Part shown: in pieces, positions 11,594 through 24,250 of the stretch
Position numbering within the stretch: position 1 is the stretch's first letter
Layout of the letters: the number at the start of each line of letters is the position of its first letter
Origin: Macrostomum lignano
Taxonomy: Eukaryota
Reading direction: 5' to 3'
Length of the DNA stretch: 42,732 bases
Assembly: GCA_002269645.1 (NCBI GenBank)
Contig: NIVC01004542.1
Location: forward strand, 1 to 42,732
Position numbers and translations under genes: made by a program
The notes under the pieces: generated by a model
Told to the model about the DNA's origin: nothing
Databases searched by the model: none
The model's input: the letters and a program-made list of their open reading frames with translations, nothing else

Positions 11594-12682
11594 TCATTCA
11601 GTTTTCACAGCTTCCAGCAAAATCAGGTTCTCCACCGGTCGGCGAATCAAGCATCTCCTGGGACCGCGGCCAGGTCTGGGCGCGACTCGAACCGTTGCAG
11701 ATCTCACCGCCCCGTCTCGGCCAGGATGCACCGACTCGATGACACCGGTACACCAGGTAAGCCTCGGCTGCCCGGCCTCACCTTTCACCAGGACGATGTC
11801 GCCGGCCGTAGCTTCTCGAGTTACGCCATGCTTGGGACTTAGATTATGTTCTCGCAGGCTGGTCAGATACTGTCGCTCCCAGCAGTCCCAGAAGGCTTGC
11901 AGTCTGGCGCGCATTCGCCTCAGCAGTGTTGGCAACGGCAGCAGGAGCTCGGGCGTACCGCTAGAAGTTGGCTCCGCCGTCAGCCGTTGCAGGACCAGAA
12001 AGTGCGCCGGCGTCAGGACTTCTCCGTTGGTTTCGGCATCCACGTAGAGTAGAGGCCGACTGTTGAGCACCGCTTCCACCTCCATTAGCACTGTCCGCAG
12101 TTCGTCCAGCGTCAGGGTTGCGTTGAGGATGGTCTTGCGCAAAGCCAGCTTGATGTCCCTCATCAGTCGCTCCCAGAAGCCTCCTTGCCACGGTGCGCGT
12201 TCGACGATGAATTGCCAGGTGATTTTCCTGGTGGCGCAGAAGTCTTGAACTTGTCGACTCTCCGACGCCTGAAGTATTTTGGCAGCCTTGGTGAATGTCT
12301 TGGCGTTGTCACTGATGAGATTGGGAATTCCTCTCCGAGCACAGAACCGTCGGAGGGCTTGCAGGAAGGTCTCGGTCGTCAAGTCGCTCACCAGTTCCAG
12401 GTGAAGGGCTCGCGTGGCCGCACAGGTGAAAACCAGGATATAGCCTTTCTCGATCTCTGTGTCCTCCATCAGTTTGACAGGTTCGCAGTAGTCGAGTCCG
12501 CACCACTCAAAGGCTCTCCCAGACTTCACGCGTGCTTCAGGTAAGGCTGGGATTTGCTTCACTGCATATGGTAGTCCTTGAAGACGTCTGCAGACAAAGC
12601 AACTTCTCAGGATCGACTTGACTCGCTGTCTTCCTCTGATTAGCCAGAATCTCTCTCGCAGCTTACAAAGAGTGCTGGGCAC
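11594..12682 (-). pseudogene. BEL/Pao integrase region (zinc finger, DDE core, C-terminal domain)
   Basis: H..H..LRERFW, C..C, GLDY, SDNA, PWQGGFWERL. Disconnected from the RT frame by one extra base in the C8 run at about 12682-12689. Confidence 0.92.
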
Positions 12683-15170
12683 CCCCCCCGTGCAGAACCT
12701 TGGCGTGAGCGTCCCAGATGAGAAGAAGCTCCAGGTGTGACTTGCTCGGGATCAGAATCGGACAGTCAACCTCGGCAGAGGCGTTGGACTCCTTCAATCG
12801 ACCTTGGCTTCGGAGAATACTCTTGTTGTCGAGAAAAAGATTCAACTGCCTGCTGAGATCTGTACTGGCCGCTGACTCCTGAATGTGAGCAATTTCGGCT
12901 TGAAAACTCCGTCTCTGCACTTCTCGCAGCCAGCGCTCTTCAGCTTCAAGGACTTCTGCTGCAGCCAGTGGTCCCACTCGCTCCTCCCCCGCTGCAGAAG
13001 TTCTAGCTTGCAGGTTTCTGACGAAGCGTAGGACATAGGCTGTCACCCGAATCAGCTTGATCCAGGATGAGAAGTTCGTGTCATTGAGAACTTCCTGTAG
13101 ACTGATGTCAGGACCGGCTTCAGTTAGCAGAACAACTGGACGGTTCGCTTGTGTCTTCTGCTCCTCGGCAACTGCCGCTGTCGGTAAGCTGAGAAAGGAT
13201 TGGTCGGGCCAATCGTCAGGAGGTCGTGCCAGCCAGTCTGGACCGTGCCACCAGCTGTCGTCCGCCTTCAACTTGCTCGCTGATGTTCCTCGAGATGCAA
13301 CGTCCGCCGGATTCTCCTCGCCTGGGACATGTCTCCAGGCATCCTCTGGCACCAGGCGGCGGATCTCCGTCACCCGATTATGAACAAAGAGCTTCCAGGG
13401 TCTGTGCTGCCGGATCCAGTAGAGCGTGTCGGCACTGTCTGTCCAGCAAAACACCTGGCGAACCTGAGGATACTGACTCATGGATGATGTCAACAGTCTG
13501 GCGAGTATCAAGGCACCCAGGAGTTCGAGCCGAGGAATTGAAAGAACCGACAGTGGAGCCACTCTCGCCTTGGCGGCCACCAGGTTGCAGCTGACGGAAC
13601 CATCGGTGTACTGCACTCGCAGGTAAAGACACGCCGCATAGAATTTGATTGACGCATCACAGAACCCATGCAGCTGTATCTCCTCGACCTCCTTCGTCGC
13701 CGAAAGCACCAACCTTGGAACTTGAAATCGACCTGCCAGCATCTCCTGCAACCACTTCAGCCACTGCTGCTTAATCGGCTCCTTTAGCGGGCAGTCCCAA
13801 GCGATCTTTTCAACGCACAGCTTCTGGAACATCGATTTCGGCAACGTAAGCAGCGGAACCAGGAAGCCCAGAGGATCGTAGACACGGGCCAGCAGCTGTA
13901 GCACGACACGCTTGGAGGGCGACGCCTTGAGCAAATCTTCTGGCGGAGAAAACTGCAGCACGAACACGTCCGATCCTGTCTCCCATCGCAGCCCGAGGAC
14001 TTTTGACGATACGCCATCTTCGCCCAAGGAGGCGGCTGAATAGCTGGAGGGGTCCTCCGTTATGTCCTTTGTCACCGCCGACAACGCCGGAGCAAGAACA
14101 TCACTGTCAAGTGTGCTGGCGCGAACCGCTTTCAATACATTCTTGCTGTTGGACTGCCAGTGTCGCAGATTCATTCCAGCCTGTTGGAATATGTGCCGGG
14201 ATTTTTGGATGAGATCCAGGGCCTGCTGTTCATCCACGCACCCAGAGATCAGGTTGTCCACATAGATTTCTTTGGACACCTTATCCACGAACTCTGCATG
14301 CGGGCCTCGGTGAGATGCCAAGTGGTGTTGAATGACAGTCTCCAGGACGGCAGGTGAGCAGGTGAGTTCGAACACCAGAGCAGCGTAGCGCAGAACAACG
14401 AGAGGTGAATCAGCTTGACTGGGATCCCGTGGCCAGAGGAATCGTAGAGCATCGCGGTCGTCTTCTGCAATTCGGATCTGCAAAAAAGCCTTCTCAATAT
14501 CGGCAGTCAAGGCGATCGGATGAAGTCGAAATGCCTGAAGCAGTCGCGGAATCTCGGCCAACGAACAGGTTCCTGTTTCCAGACAGTCATTCAGCGATGG
14601 ACTGCACTGATCTCGCTTGGCACTCGCGTCGAAAACCACTCGAACTTTGGTCGATTCAGCTTCAGAACGGATTACGGCTCGGTGGGGTAGGTAGTGGATG
14701 AGATCGCTGGTCCCATCTGGAGCTTCTTCGACTACGCCAGCTTCCTTCTGACTGGTCAGAATGCGGTGGTACTCCTGAAGTAGCGCAGGCTCACGACGCA
14801 GCCTCGTCAGATTGGTCTTTAGTCTCTTGAACGCTACCTCGAAGTTGTCGGGCAATCTTAATTCCTTTTTGGGAATCTTCCACGGCAGCTGAACTGAGTA
14901 GCGACCCTCTTGGAACTGGGCATTCAGAGTCAGTGGACGCTGATCAGGCTCGGCTGCACTTCTGATGCCGAGACCTTCTAAAGTCCAGAACGCCTCGATG
15001 GTGCTGCTGTCCAGACCTTTCTCCGTTCCTTGAGCACAGCAGAGAAGAACCTGCTCTGACCTGGTCTCTAGCTCACTTGCGGCGAACCCATCTGACAGTG
15101 ACCCGCACAGCAACCAACCGAGCTGACTGGATACGGCAACTGGACCGGAGCCGACCTCTGAGCGAATCAC
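12663..15170 (-). pseudogene. BEL/Pao reverse transcriptase and RNase H region
   Basis: YLPHRAV, KVRVVFDAS, ADIEKAFLQI, YVDNL (RT) and GFCDAS, WTDS, NPADVASRG (RNase H, Pao peptidase family region). Confidence 0.93.
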
Positions 15171-17035
15171 TTGACCTGTGACAGGTCGTAGAATTGGTCA
15201 GCTCCGATGAGGATACTGATCTCGGGATTCTGTTCACCACCGATGTCCCAGTCTGCCATGTCGAGGTGTTGAAAGTGCTTCATGCACAAGCTGCTGACAA
15301 CTGGCTGATGAGAGCAGATGTAAGGCACTGTGTTGGCGCGCACTGTGAACTGGGGCGGTGCTGTCAGATTTCCGAAGCTTGAACTCGACCATCGCAGTCT
15401 GCAGCACCTTGGCCTCTGTGCCACCGAATGTTGTCTCTCTGCCAAGCTGGTCAAGATGAACGAACGGTTGCTTGCAGAGTCAAAGAGAATTCGCACCGGA
15501 GTCTCCTGATTGTTAACAGTCGAAATCAGTACAGCTCCCGCTGTTGGAAGGATCACTGTTTGAGCTTTTGTCACCATAGCCATGGACTTCACTTCTTGAC
15601 TCTTCACATTCTGTGCAGCAGCCTGCTCGGACTTCTTCCGGTCTTCTCCCACCTTTCCAAGTGTGGAGCCGGGTGCCTTCGGTCCATCCTTACCCTGCAG
15701 CTTCTCCATGCGTGCGCTACAAAGACTTGGGTGATGCTTCATCTGGCAGAATTCACATTGCTTCTTGTGGTAGCAGGTCTTGACGCTGTGTCCCTTGCAG
15801 AGACAGCTGAAGCAACGCCTCTGCTCCTTCAAAAACTGGAGTCGTGCCGCAACGTCTACCAGGCGAGTGCACTTCTCTGGAGCATGTTCAGTTTCGCAGA
15901 AGGGACAAGCCGTGCTGACCTTTTTGACCTTCGTGTGAAGCGCAGCCACTGTGCCGCCATCCCTTGTCTGTTTCTCACCAGTAGTCTTGGACGCTCCATT
16001 GGAACCGGACGTCTGCCCTGCAGCTCCAACGGCCGCCTCCTCCCGGACTAAAATCTCCATTTCCAAGACCTGCAGAAACTCCGTCACAGAATCTAAGCCA
16101 TTGCCATCCCTCATCTGCGACAAGCTGCTACCAAAGGAATAACCGACGGAAGCAATCCGAGCAGTTCTCAGCATCCCGAGACGAACGACTTCCGGCAGCT
16201 TCGCCAGCAAGTTGGGCAGCAACATGGACTCGTAAGATTCGACACTCACCCCGAGATTCGTCAGACTGCGGACATTTCCATTGACTTGGTCGTAGAAATT
16301 CCTCAGGTGCTGTGCCGACGAACTGGAGCAGGTCAGCACCGAGAACTTTGCCAGGTGCTCGCGCACGGCTCCGTTGCGGGATCCAAATCGTCGTTGCAGG
16401 TTGTCGATGGCGATATGGTAGTTGTCCTTCGTGATGTTGAGACCAGCGATCGAGTTTCGGGCTTCCCCAGACAGACACGACTGCAGGTAGCTGAATTTGT
16501 TGACGACACTCAGGCTCGGGTTGTCATGGATACTGGAGTTGAAGCGGTCCCAGAATTCCGTCCATTGGGTCCGATCGCCACTGAATGACGGTGGCGGCAG
16601 TTTTGGCAACCTGATGGCAGTCTGAGTCCTTGTCGTTGAAGAATTCTCTTCCGAAGACTTGGACGAAGTCGTCGTCTGTATGGCTGTATTCTGCAGCAGA
16701 TTTGTTGCCTGCGGCGTGCCGGTCCGCGCGGTCTGAAGCTCCTGGAGCCGTCTGGTGAGGTTCGAGATCAATTTGCCAGCCAGCAGGTCGTACTCCATTG
16801 TCGTCTCTGCTTCAGCCTGCACGTCCTTCTCGTCAACCTCCGCGGCGAGCTCTTCATCTGCTGCTTGGAGCTGCTGCTTCTTGAACCGTAGAGCCTCTAG
16901 AACGCTGTCGATTTCATCTTCAGCAGCATCTGTTTTGAGCAGGTCTTCGGCTTTCTGTGCCAGTCTGGTGACCGTCGCTCGTAACACGCCTCTCTTCCTG
17001 GAGTCCATGCTGTTGTTGAAAAATCGCTGAGTCAC
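15167..17035 (-). pseudogene. BEL/Pao gag (DUF1759-type, zinc knuckles) and aspartic protease
   Basis: LPKLPPPSFSGD..QWTEFWDRF, C-x2-C knuckles (CPFCETEH, CFSCLCKGHSVKTC, CEFCQMKHHPSLC) and protease ILFDSAS. The protease is damaged near 15340-15440, where the TFGG motif lies in another frame. Confidence 0.92.
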
Positions 17036-17078
17036 TGTAGCACTCTTGCGCTCACTGCTTGATTTTACTGTGATTTTG

Positions 17079-17090
17079 GTTCGGGCGCCA
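17079..17090 (-). promoter_or_regulatory. Primer-binding site complementary to tRNA-Lys(UUU)
   Basis: The minus strand reads TGGCGCCCGAAC directly after the 5' LTR. This equals the first 12 nt of the classical tRNA-Lys3 PBS. Confidence 0.8.
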
Positions 17091-17311
17091 TGTTAAAGAA
17101 ATAATCAAGTCTAATAAATCTGAGGGTTAGACTTTAACAAAAAAAACGGGTAAATGAGCCCTGTGGCTAAATTATTGCTTATTCTGACTCAACAACGCCT
17201 CACGCACATCAACCCCACCCCAACACACTCTGAGACGGGGACCGCCAAGTGTACACTTGCGACGCTACACATAGCAGAGGGTCGGTACGCAGGCACTCCA
17301 AATCCAATACA
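17091..17311 (-). repeat. 5' LTR (221 bp) of the BEL/Pao element
   Basis: Matches 10988-11241 except for 2 substitutions, a 3-nt indel and absence of a 36-bp segment. Confidence 0.95.
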
Positions 17312-17369
17312 GAAGCTAACACAGCAAAATACATTGTCAGCCATGCAGTCAAGCAAGTCAAGCGGGGTA

Positions 17370-18805
17370 AAACAACGTCACAGGGCGCGCGTTTCAGAGC
17401 CTTGGCGCGAACGTAGGCCGCACCGCCGGCAATGTCTGGGGCGCCGGCATCAGCCAGCAGGCAGTCAACGAAACGCCGAGTGCGCGCTTGTCCCCGCTGG
17501 TAGGGTGCCTGCAGGCTGCAGCGTCAGCAGCAGCAACAGCAGCACCTCCTGCACCGCCTGTAGTCAGTAGGACTCATCTCGGATGAAATCCGGCCTGCCA
17601 GCTGGAGTCGGCGCAAAAGTTCGCTGGGACGGAACAGCCCGGTGCCCGTGGCGTAGGCAAGGGGGGTACGGGGATGTATCCCCCCGTGGGCCTGGTCGGT
17701 GGGTGTAAGAAATTGATTTATGGCGCTTAATTTTCCTGTGAACTGCTCACTGTGGCCAGCAAGTATAAGTAGCAGCAAGCTACTCATATCCCTGCATCCA
17801 CCCGTGAGAAATTCCTGGCTACGCCCCTGCCCGGTGCGGCGACTGAGTACCGCATTGGTGACTCGCTCGTAGCAGATTTTAAAGGCGGCGCGCAGCAGGC
17901 CAGCCTGCGCCGCATCGACTAGCTGCTCGAGCGAATCCGTCAGCGTCCAGGTCTCGGCGTCCAGCGTCCAGGCTGTACAACAGAACGGTCTCGATCACCG
18001 CCTGGAACAACGCCGCTCTCTGGCGGTTGGGCATGGCTTCGGACTGCAGGACAGCATTCACAGAGCGAAAGGCAGCCCAAGCAAGTCCACGGCAACGTCG
18101 CAGGTCCTCGCGGACGTCAGGCACCAGACCGCCGAGGTAGACGAACTGCTGACAGCACGAAGCTTCGTCACCTGCCCGTCGTAGGCATAGAATTGCAGCC
18201 TCGAGATCATCTGGCATTCAGAGCACGACGGTCTTCTGCGTGTTGACCACCAGGCCGATGCTCGCCGCAACGCTCACCAGCCGGTCCAGCTGGAACTGGG
18301 TGTCCTAGACGGTCGAGGACAGCTTGCAGGGCGAGATCGTCGGCGTAGCCAAGCACGCTGAGCCGACTCTCCGGTTAGCATCGACATACACGTTGCTGCA
18401 GCTAGCAGGAAGAGCGTTCCGCAGCACCCAGTCAAGCACCAGGACGAACACGAACGGCGCAAGCATATCTCCCCGAAGCACTCCAGAGGATTTCTCAACG
18501 AAATCTGATAGACCGTCCGATGTCAGCACGGCATCGCTCGTGCCATGATACGTACAGCGCCATGACAGCGAGTCAGCTCTGGCACGTCGTATGCACGAAG
18601 CACTATTCAGAGCACACGGCCCGATCACGACCGAGTTGAAAGCTGATATCCTACATATAAGTCAAAAAGCTAGAAAACAATAGTTTTGACCTGGCAGGTC
18701 CGCGCTTCCTTGATGACTCGGCGAAGAGCCAGGATCTGCGACACTGTGCCGCGATAGGGCCGATTGAAACCCGTTCTGCTCAGACCGCAAATACGGATTC
18801 AGTAA
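17370..18805 (-). mobile_element. Decayed, 5'-truncated RTE-clade non-LTR retrotransposon (RT and C-terminus)
   Basis: Fragmented frames: LRSEQNGF...QILALRRVI, GVLRGDMLAPFVFVLVLDWVLR, FVYLGG...LAWAAF...LFQAVIETVLLY, FVDCLLADAG. Multiple stops and frameshifts. Confidence 0.85.
17646..17829. mobile_element. Non-autonomous hAT-type MITE (184 bp) inserted in the RTE
   Basis: Imperfect TIRs CCGTGGCGTAGGCAAG / CCTGGCTACGCCCCTG and a perfect 8-bp TSD CCCGGTGC (17638-17645, 17830-17837). Confidence 0.85.
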
Positions 18806-19469
18806 CTGGCTGGAAAGACGATATACATGTAAATGTTGCAGCTTCCGGTTGAAAAATCCAAGACTGCAGGCAGATAGATATATGGCTCGCTGCTCCTCAA
18901 GCCGTCTCTCATGCCAGGCTTCTTTGGAATAGCGATATGATGTGCGTCGCTATAAACATTTTGTCCCTTAACTGTAATGACAATGTACCGTAGTCCGGTA
19001 TACAAAAAATGAGTTAATTGTCTCTACATGTATCTATCTAATGTATCTATCCGTCTGTGATTGATTTTCGAAAAAACGGCTCAAATGATTTTAATGATTT
19101 TCATTTCATTTTCACTGATTCTCATTTTAATTAAAATTCTAAAACTGTGACAGTGTTTTCGCTGCTTTCTTTTTTCGCTGTTTTCTGTATATTAGTACTT
19201 TAAAACCTACGAGCGTAAAACTACTTAATGTATCGTCTGGCGAGACTTTTCTGAACGATGAGGTTTTGTAGTTGTGAAATTCAACTGCAAAAAGGTATTG
19301 TTAGTGCCCCGAAACGGATTGCTCGTATTCTATGACACGAATTTTATTTGGCTCTATTAAGGATTTAAGGTACATCGTGGTAACATGGTTATTTTTTGGG
19401 GCTTTGGATTTGGTATCTTTAGTTTTTGTTTAAAAGGTTTGTTATACGATATTATTTAAATTGTATTAA

Positions 19470-19826
19470 TGTAAAATAAGAATATATAAGAATATTTTCA
19501 AGCCTAACTTAAAAAACTACTTTCCCAGTATTTTTAGAAATAAAAAACTCCTAGAAATTCTGCTTAAGCTTAAAACTGAGTTCTTACCAAGCAAATACAC
19601 CCAAGAAAAATGCAAACTTTGTGGCAGAGATTCAGGCAATAATATCTTACACTATACAACTGAATGTGTCGGTATACTAGATGTCAGGAAAAAATACTTT
19701 AACCAAAGCCACCTGAGCACAAGACACTTTTACAGTTTAGGCTATGCTACAAACGAAAACAAAAATAAAAAAGATTTGCTAGCTATCGAGAAGATCTATA
19801 AACTCATAGCAAATCTCCCTCCTTAA
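19470..19826 (+). mobile_element. 3'-terminal remnant of a LINE ORF2 (CCHC knuckle)
   Basis: An ATG-less open frame missing from the ORF track: KIRIYKNIFKPNLKNYF...LLKLKTEFLP...CKLCGRDSGNNILHYTTEC...RKKY. The C-x2-C-x8-H-x4-C pattern is typical of non-LTR ORF2 tails. Confidence 0.65.
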
Positions 19827-21904
19827 CCGACATGAAAATTATAGAGAACACCATGTGTACCACGCTGTTGCTGACCGTCTTACACCAATTGAATCCCTGG
19901 TTACCTTGATACTTTACTTGCTATTCCCTCTTGCTACTATGCATCTCTTGCTATTAAGTCCCTACCCCTCTTCGAGTAAACAATACCGGTGCAATCTATC
20001 CCGTATTACGCGTTTATTTATGTAAAAAATTTCTTTTTCTAATCGCGCCTTATTTTTATTTAAGCACTCTATTTTTGGTTATTTCTTTCTTACATATTTG
20101 CTTCAAAAATACCCTTCATATTTAATGCCTAATAATTGCCAGCAATCCTTTCATCTGATTTTTTTGTCTGATTAATACATATAAACTTATTTTTATCACC
20201 TACGAATTCAAGTGACACCATACTTGTCTTTTAATTCCTTACTTAAATACTTTTTGCTTTGTTTGCCGTTAAAGATTTTTGAAGTTTCGTAAAAAAAAAA
20301 AAATTGGCGCCCTTTCAAATACTATATTATTGTAAAACTCGCCGCACAGATCCCATTCTATCGAAATAATATTAATATTAAATACACTGACATATACTGG
20401 CCAAACAGGCTTCTTGCCTGAGCCAAATTACTACTACTACTACTACTATTTCGTTAACTTCTTGAAGTCAAAAAATTCAAAAAGAATATTCGTTGTGATG
20501 ACAGACGGATGAATGAATGCGTCTTTGCTTGGTGGGTGCAATGCGCCTTAATTTAATTCATATTTATTTGTATAATCTATTTGTAATAAAAGTAATTAGA
20601 TTTATTATTTAAACTGGATGGACTCGAATTCTGGAAACTACGCTACTCTCTACAACTACTACAGCGCCTAGAAGAAAAACCCTAACACCAAACACAGCGC
20701 CTTCGCGTTTCAAATACGATAGGAATTAACATACAGTAAATCAATAGTAATAAAGTACGTACAGTAAGTATCGCGGAAATAGGAAACTCCTTACTGAATA
20801 AATACTGACTAAATAATAACACAATAATATTCAAGAACGCCGGATACATCATAAAAAGTGCGGAGATTCAATTAATACATAAAAATACTTTACATTAATT
20901 ATCCGGATTTTTTTCGCGTGCAATGGAACTGAAACAGGAACACTGACAACTAATACTTATAGTAAGAGTATATCATGGAGACCAAAATATAAAATTTTGC
21001 AAAGTTTTCGTTGGCCATTAAAATTTATTCCAAACTGACAAAATTTCCCCAGAACACATCACAAAAAATATATATAGACCAATAGACCATGACATACCTC
21101 TAAACCTCAATGCTCAATAAGACAATACTCTTTGATCTAGCTCCTCAGTATCTTGAATAATTTATGTGTCAAATATCAAACTAAAGCTAAAAGATCAGCA
21201 TGCTAAGTATAAAATATTGCTAAGTATATTTTCTCAATTTATAATTTTATGTTAGCCCCTATGAATATCATCAAGAAAATGGCTATTTATTAATAGATAA
21301 ATTAAAAGGTTGTTTCTAGATGGCTAGTTTACTAGGAATGACGAGGTTTAGCCAAGTTCTAGCTAAACCTGCACACCATAGTCCAGAACATGCTAGGTGC
21401 GTGCATACCCAAAAAATTGAATAATTTTAAATGCATGCCAAAAAAATTGAGTGTATGCTTATTGTCAAAAGTATGCTGGTGTTGTGACATTAAGTGACCT
21501 TTTTTATGTGTGACAATAAATGACCTTTTTTGAACTGCATAGTGGATCTAGATAATTTAACAAACAAAACTTGAAGATTGTGGATCTTTTTTGGCAAATA
21601 ATTTGGTTGATTTTTTTCGCTTTTTTGGTAATAAGCCTACTATTTATAGCAAAAAATTAATACATGCAAAGATTTGTTTAAATGCCTTTTTATGAGTTTA
21701 AAAAACCTGGAAAGCTTGTAATTTATTCTTAAAATGAGCTTTTGTCATCTTTTTTTCTATTTTATAATAACTTTTCCACTGATTCTATAAAGTGCATGCC
21801 AGGTGTGCACGTATACCTTTTTCTTAGGAGTGATACATACCAACTGTGCATGCTTACTTTTGGTGTGCAAGGCCAATGCATGCCTAAATTTTTGGTATAT
21901 ATTA

Positions 21905-22301
21905 TACGAAGAGCTTGCGTGCACGGCAGCCGTTCACGTAAGCTCAGAATTGCGTGCACGGCGGCTATCTACCTAGTGCTTTATTTGCATGTATGCAGCC
22001 GTCCACCTAGTGTTGTAATTGCGTGCACGGCAGCCGGCAATTGGCCGTGACTGGGCCCTTAAATCCACGCATTGGCATTGGCAAACCTAATTAAAAAATA
22101 TTTTTACTATATTGTTTTATAATGTTTTATCCCCCGTACACCATGGACTGCAAATGTAATCTTAATTCATTGTTTTTTTGTTAACTTGAATATTAATTCG
22201 AATAGTATATGACTTACTGTATAAGCCTATAAGATATAGCTCTGCCGTGCACGCAATTCTGAGCTTACGTGAACGGCGGCCGTGCACGCAAGCTCTTCGT
22301 A
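21905..22301. mobile_element. Tc1/mariner-type MITE with ~60-bp TIRs
   Basis: TACGAAGAGCTTGCGTGCACGGC.GCCGTTCACGTAAGCTCAGAATTGCGTGCACGGC at the left end and its reverse complement at the right end, with TA at both termini. The subterminal motif TTGCGTGCACGGC occurs 5 times. Confidence 0.85.
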
Positions 22302-24250
22302 TATTATATGATCTAGAGTGTGGCCTATATATTGGGTAGTAGGCTCATTCCATATCAGCACGGTCGTAACATGACAGGCTATTTTTACTTATAAAATGAA
22401 ATCTAATAATAGAATATATTTATAGAGTTTCATATAGATATCATAATTTGTATAGATGCTATTAAACCTTAAATGACACTTATGGTTGTAACGACAGGAT
22501 TTTTGACATATAGAAACTAAAAGGTAGAAGTCTTATAACATTTTTCATTTTTGATATTACAGAACATCTTTAGAAATCATACTCTTTTATTAGAATATAT
22601 AAACTCAAAAGGCAACAAAGATACAAAAGAAAAGGCAGCCTTATGGTCGTAACATTATGGTCGTAACATTTTTTTCTGTCAATTCAGTAACTTTGAGGTA
22701 CTAATACATTAAAAATATAATAGATTATTTGGTCACCAATGCTTTTATCTGATGATGCAAGTACTATACTTTTATCTATAGTTTGTTTCAACCTTCAAAA
22801 GCTTTCTATTTGTTTTTAAAAGGTACAAAATCTTAATGATGTCTTTTGCTTCAAAAAAGTCCAAATTTTTATAAAAATGACTTTTTGCCAATTGATAACA
22901 TATTAATCCAACATTTTACCATTCCTTTATTCTTAGATTGTATATATTGCACATAAAAACATTTGGTAAAAAAATAGACTAATAAGACAATGGCAAGCAA
23001 AAATATTGACTTTTTTCTATTTTCCAAATATGTCCATCTTATATGGAATGAGCCAGCAATATATACTATTAGGCCTAGTGAGTCATGGTCTTTCTTGACT
23101 TGAGTGCCTAACCAATGGTTCAAGAGATCTCTAATTGATTGAATATTTCTAAGTTAATTGTCTATTTGAATTGTCATTATTGATTTATATCTTTCAAAGA
23201 TTTCAATTATTGGGTCCCTTGTCTTTTTACAAGCATGAATGAATATTGCTAAGTCAAACATTGAGCTTGTTCAAGAGGTAAGTAGGATGACTTTAGCTAG
23301 GCCTAGCTGATTAGTTCTAATTATGAAATTTTGGATTTTTAAAAATCAAAATTAGAAAACATCAAAAACAAAAAGTAGTTTCTTAGCAACTAGTCAATTG
23401 ATTTATTATATTTTTGTAGCATTCTTTTTGAACAAGACAAATTTAATATATTAAACAACAATATAGACAATGTTTAATATATTTAATATAAACAAAGTTA
23501 AAATCTAAGGTGGCTATTTTTTTAAATTCATCATGATTGATGAGTTCTAGGCTCTTCTTTTCCTTTCTTCCTTGGACTAGGCTATTTAGACCCAGGCTAT
23601 TAAGGGAAAGAGTCAATTAAAGATATAATATTTTTTATTTTGGATTTTTTATTGATGCCATCTGTCAATTGGTATCCTGGTTTTCAGTTTGGCATTGGGG
23701 TTTTGGATCCAAACATAAGTTATTAATTGGCATTGGGATTCTAACATAGGGATTAATTGGCATTGTCTTAAACATATTTTACTGCAGATAGCTTTTTGTC
23801 TATGGCATAAGTTTTGGCTATATTATAGTACAAAGCTGATGTTTAGAAATCAACAAGTATTTAAATCTATATTGAGACATCTTGTGCTTAAATAAGATTT
23901 ACTTTTAATCTCAACCTATAAAACAAATACTTTCATATAATATAGTTGTACTTGTACATGTATTGCTAAGTATTGGCTTTCTACAACAATCTAGCCAAAT
24001 ATTTAAACACTTTACTGGTTGGCCAGGCTTGGAAGTAAAATTAAAAGGACATGTCTATACGCAAACAGTAGGTAATACAGGAGGGCATAGTTATAAATTA
24101 TATTGGTTGCTTTTAAAATAGTCAATTTTGGCTATGACATTGAAATAAATTTGGTCTCTTCATGAAACTCTTGACCAGTAAGCTGGTTAATTTTAAACTG
24201 ACTGCCGCCTACCAACTCCTGCTGCCAAATCTGTTCATTAATTGCGCGAA

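Larger units (their letters stand above)
10988..17311 (-). mobile_element. Full-length BEL/Pao LTR retrotransposon with frameshifts
   Basis: Two TG...CA LTRs, 5-bp TSD GAAGC (10983-10987 and 17312-17316), PBS, PPT, and domain order gag-protease-RT-RNaseH-integrase with BEL/Pao motifs (LYLRV, VAPL...SIPRLELLGA, W.HVPGEENPAD). Confidence 0.97.

Noticed and set aside
7438-18548. Numerous antisense and alternate-frame ORFs over GC-rich exons and retroelements
   Set aside because: They are shadow ORFs of GC-rich coding sequence with no independent motifs.
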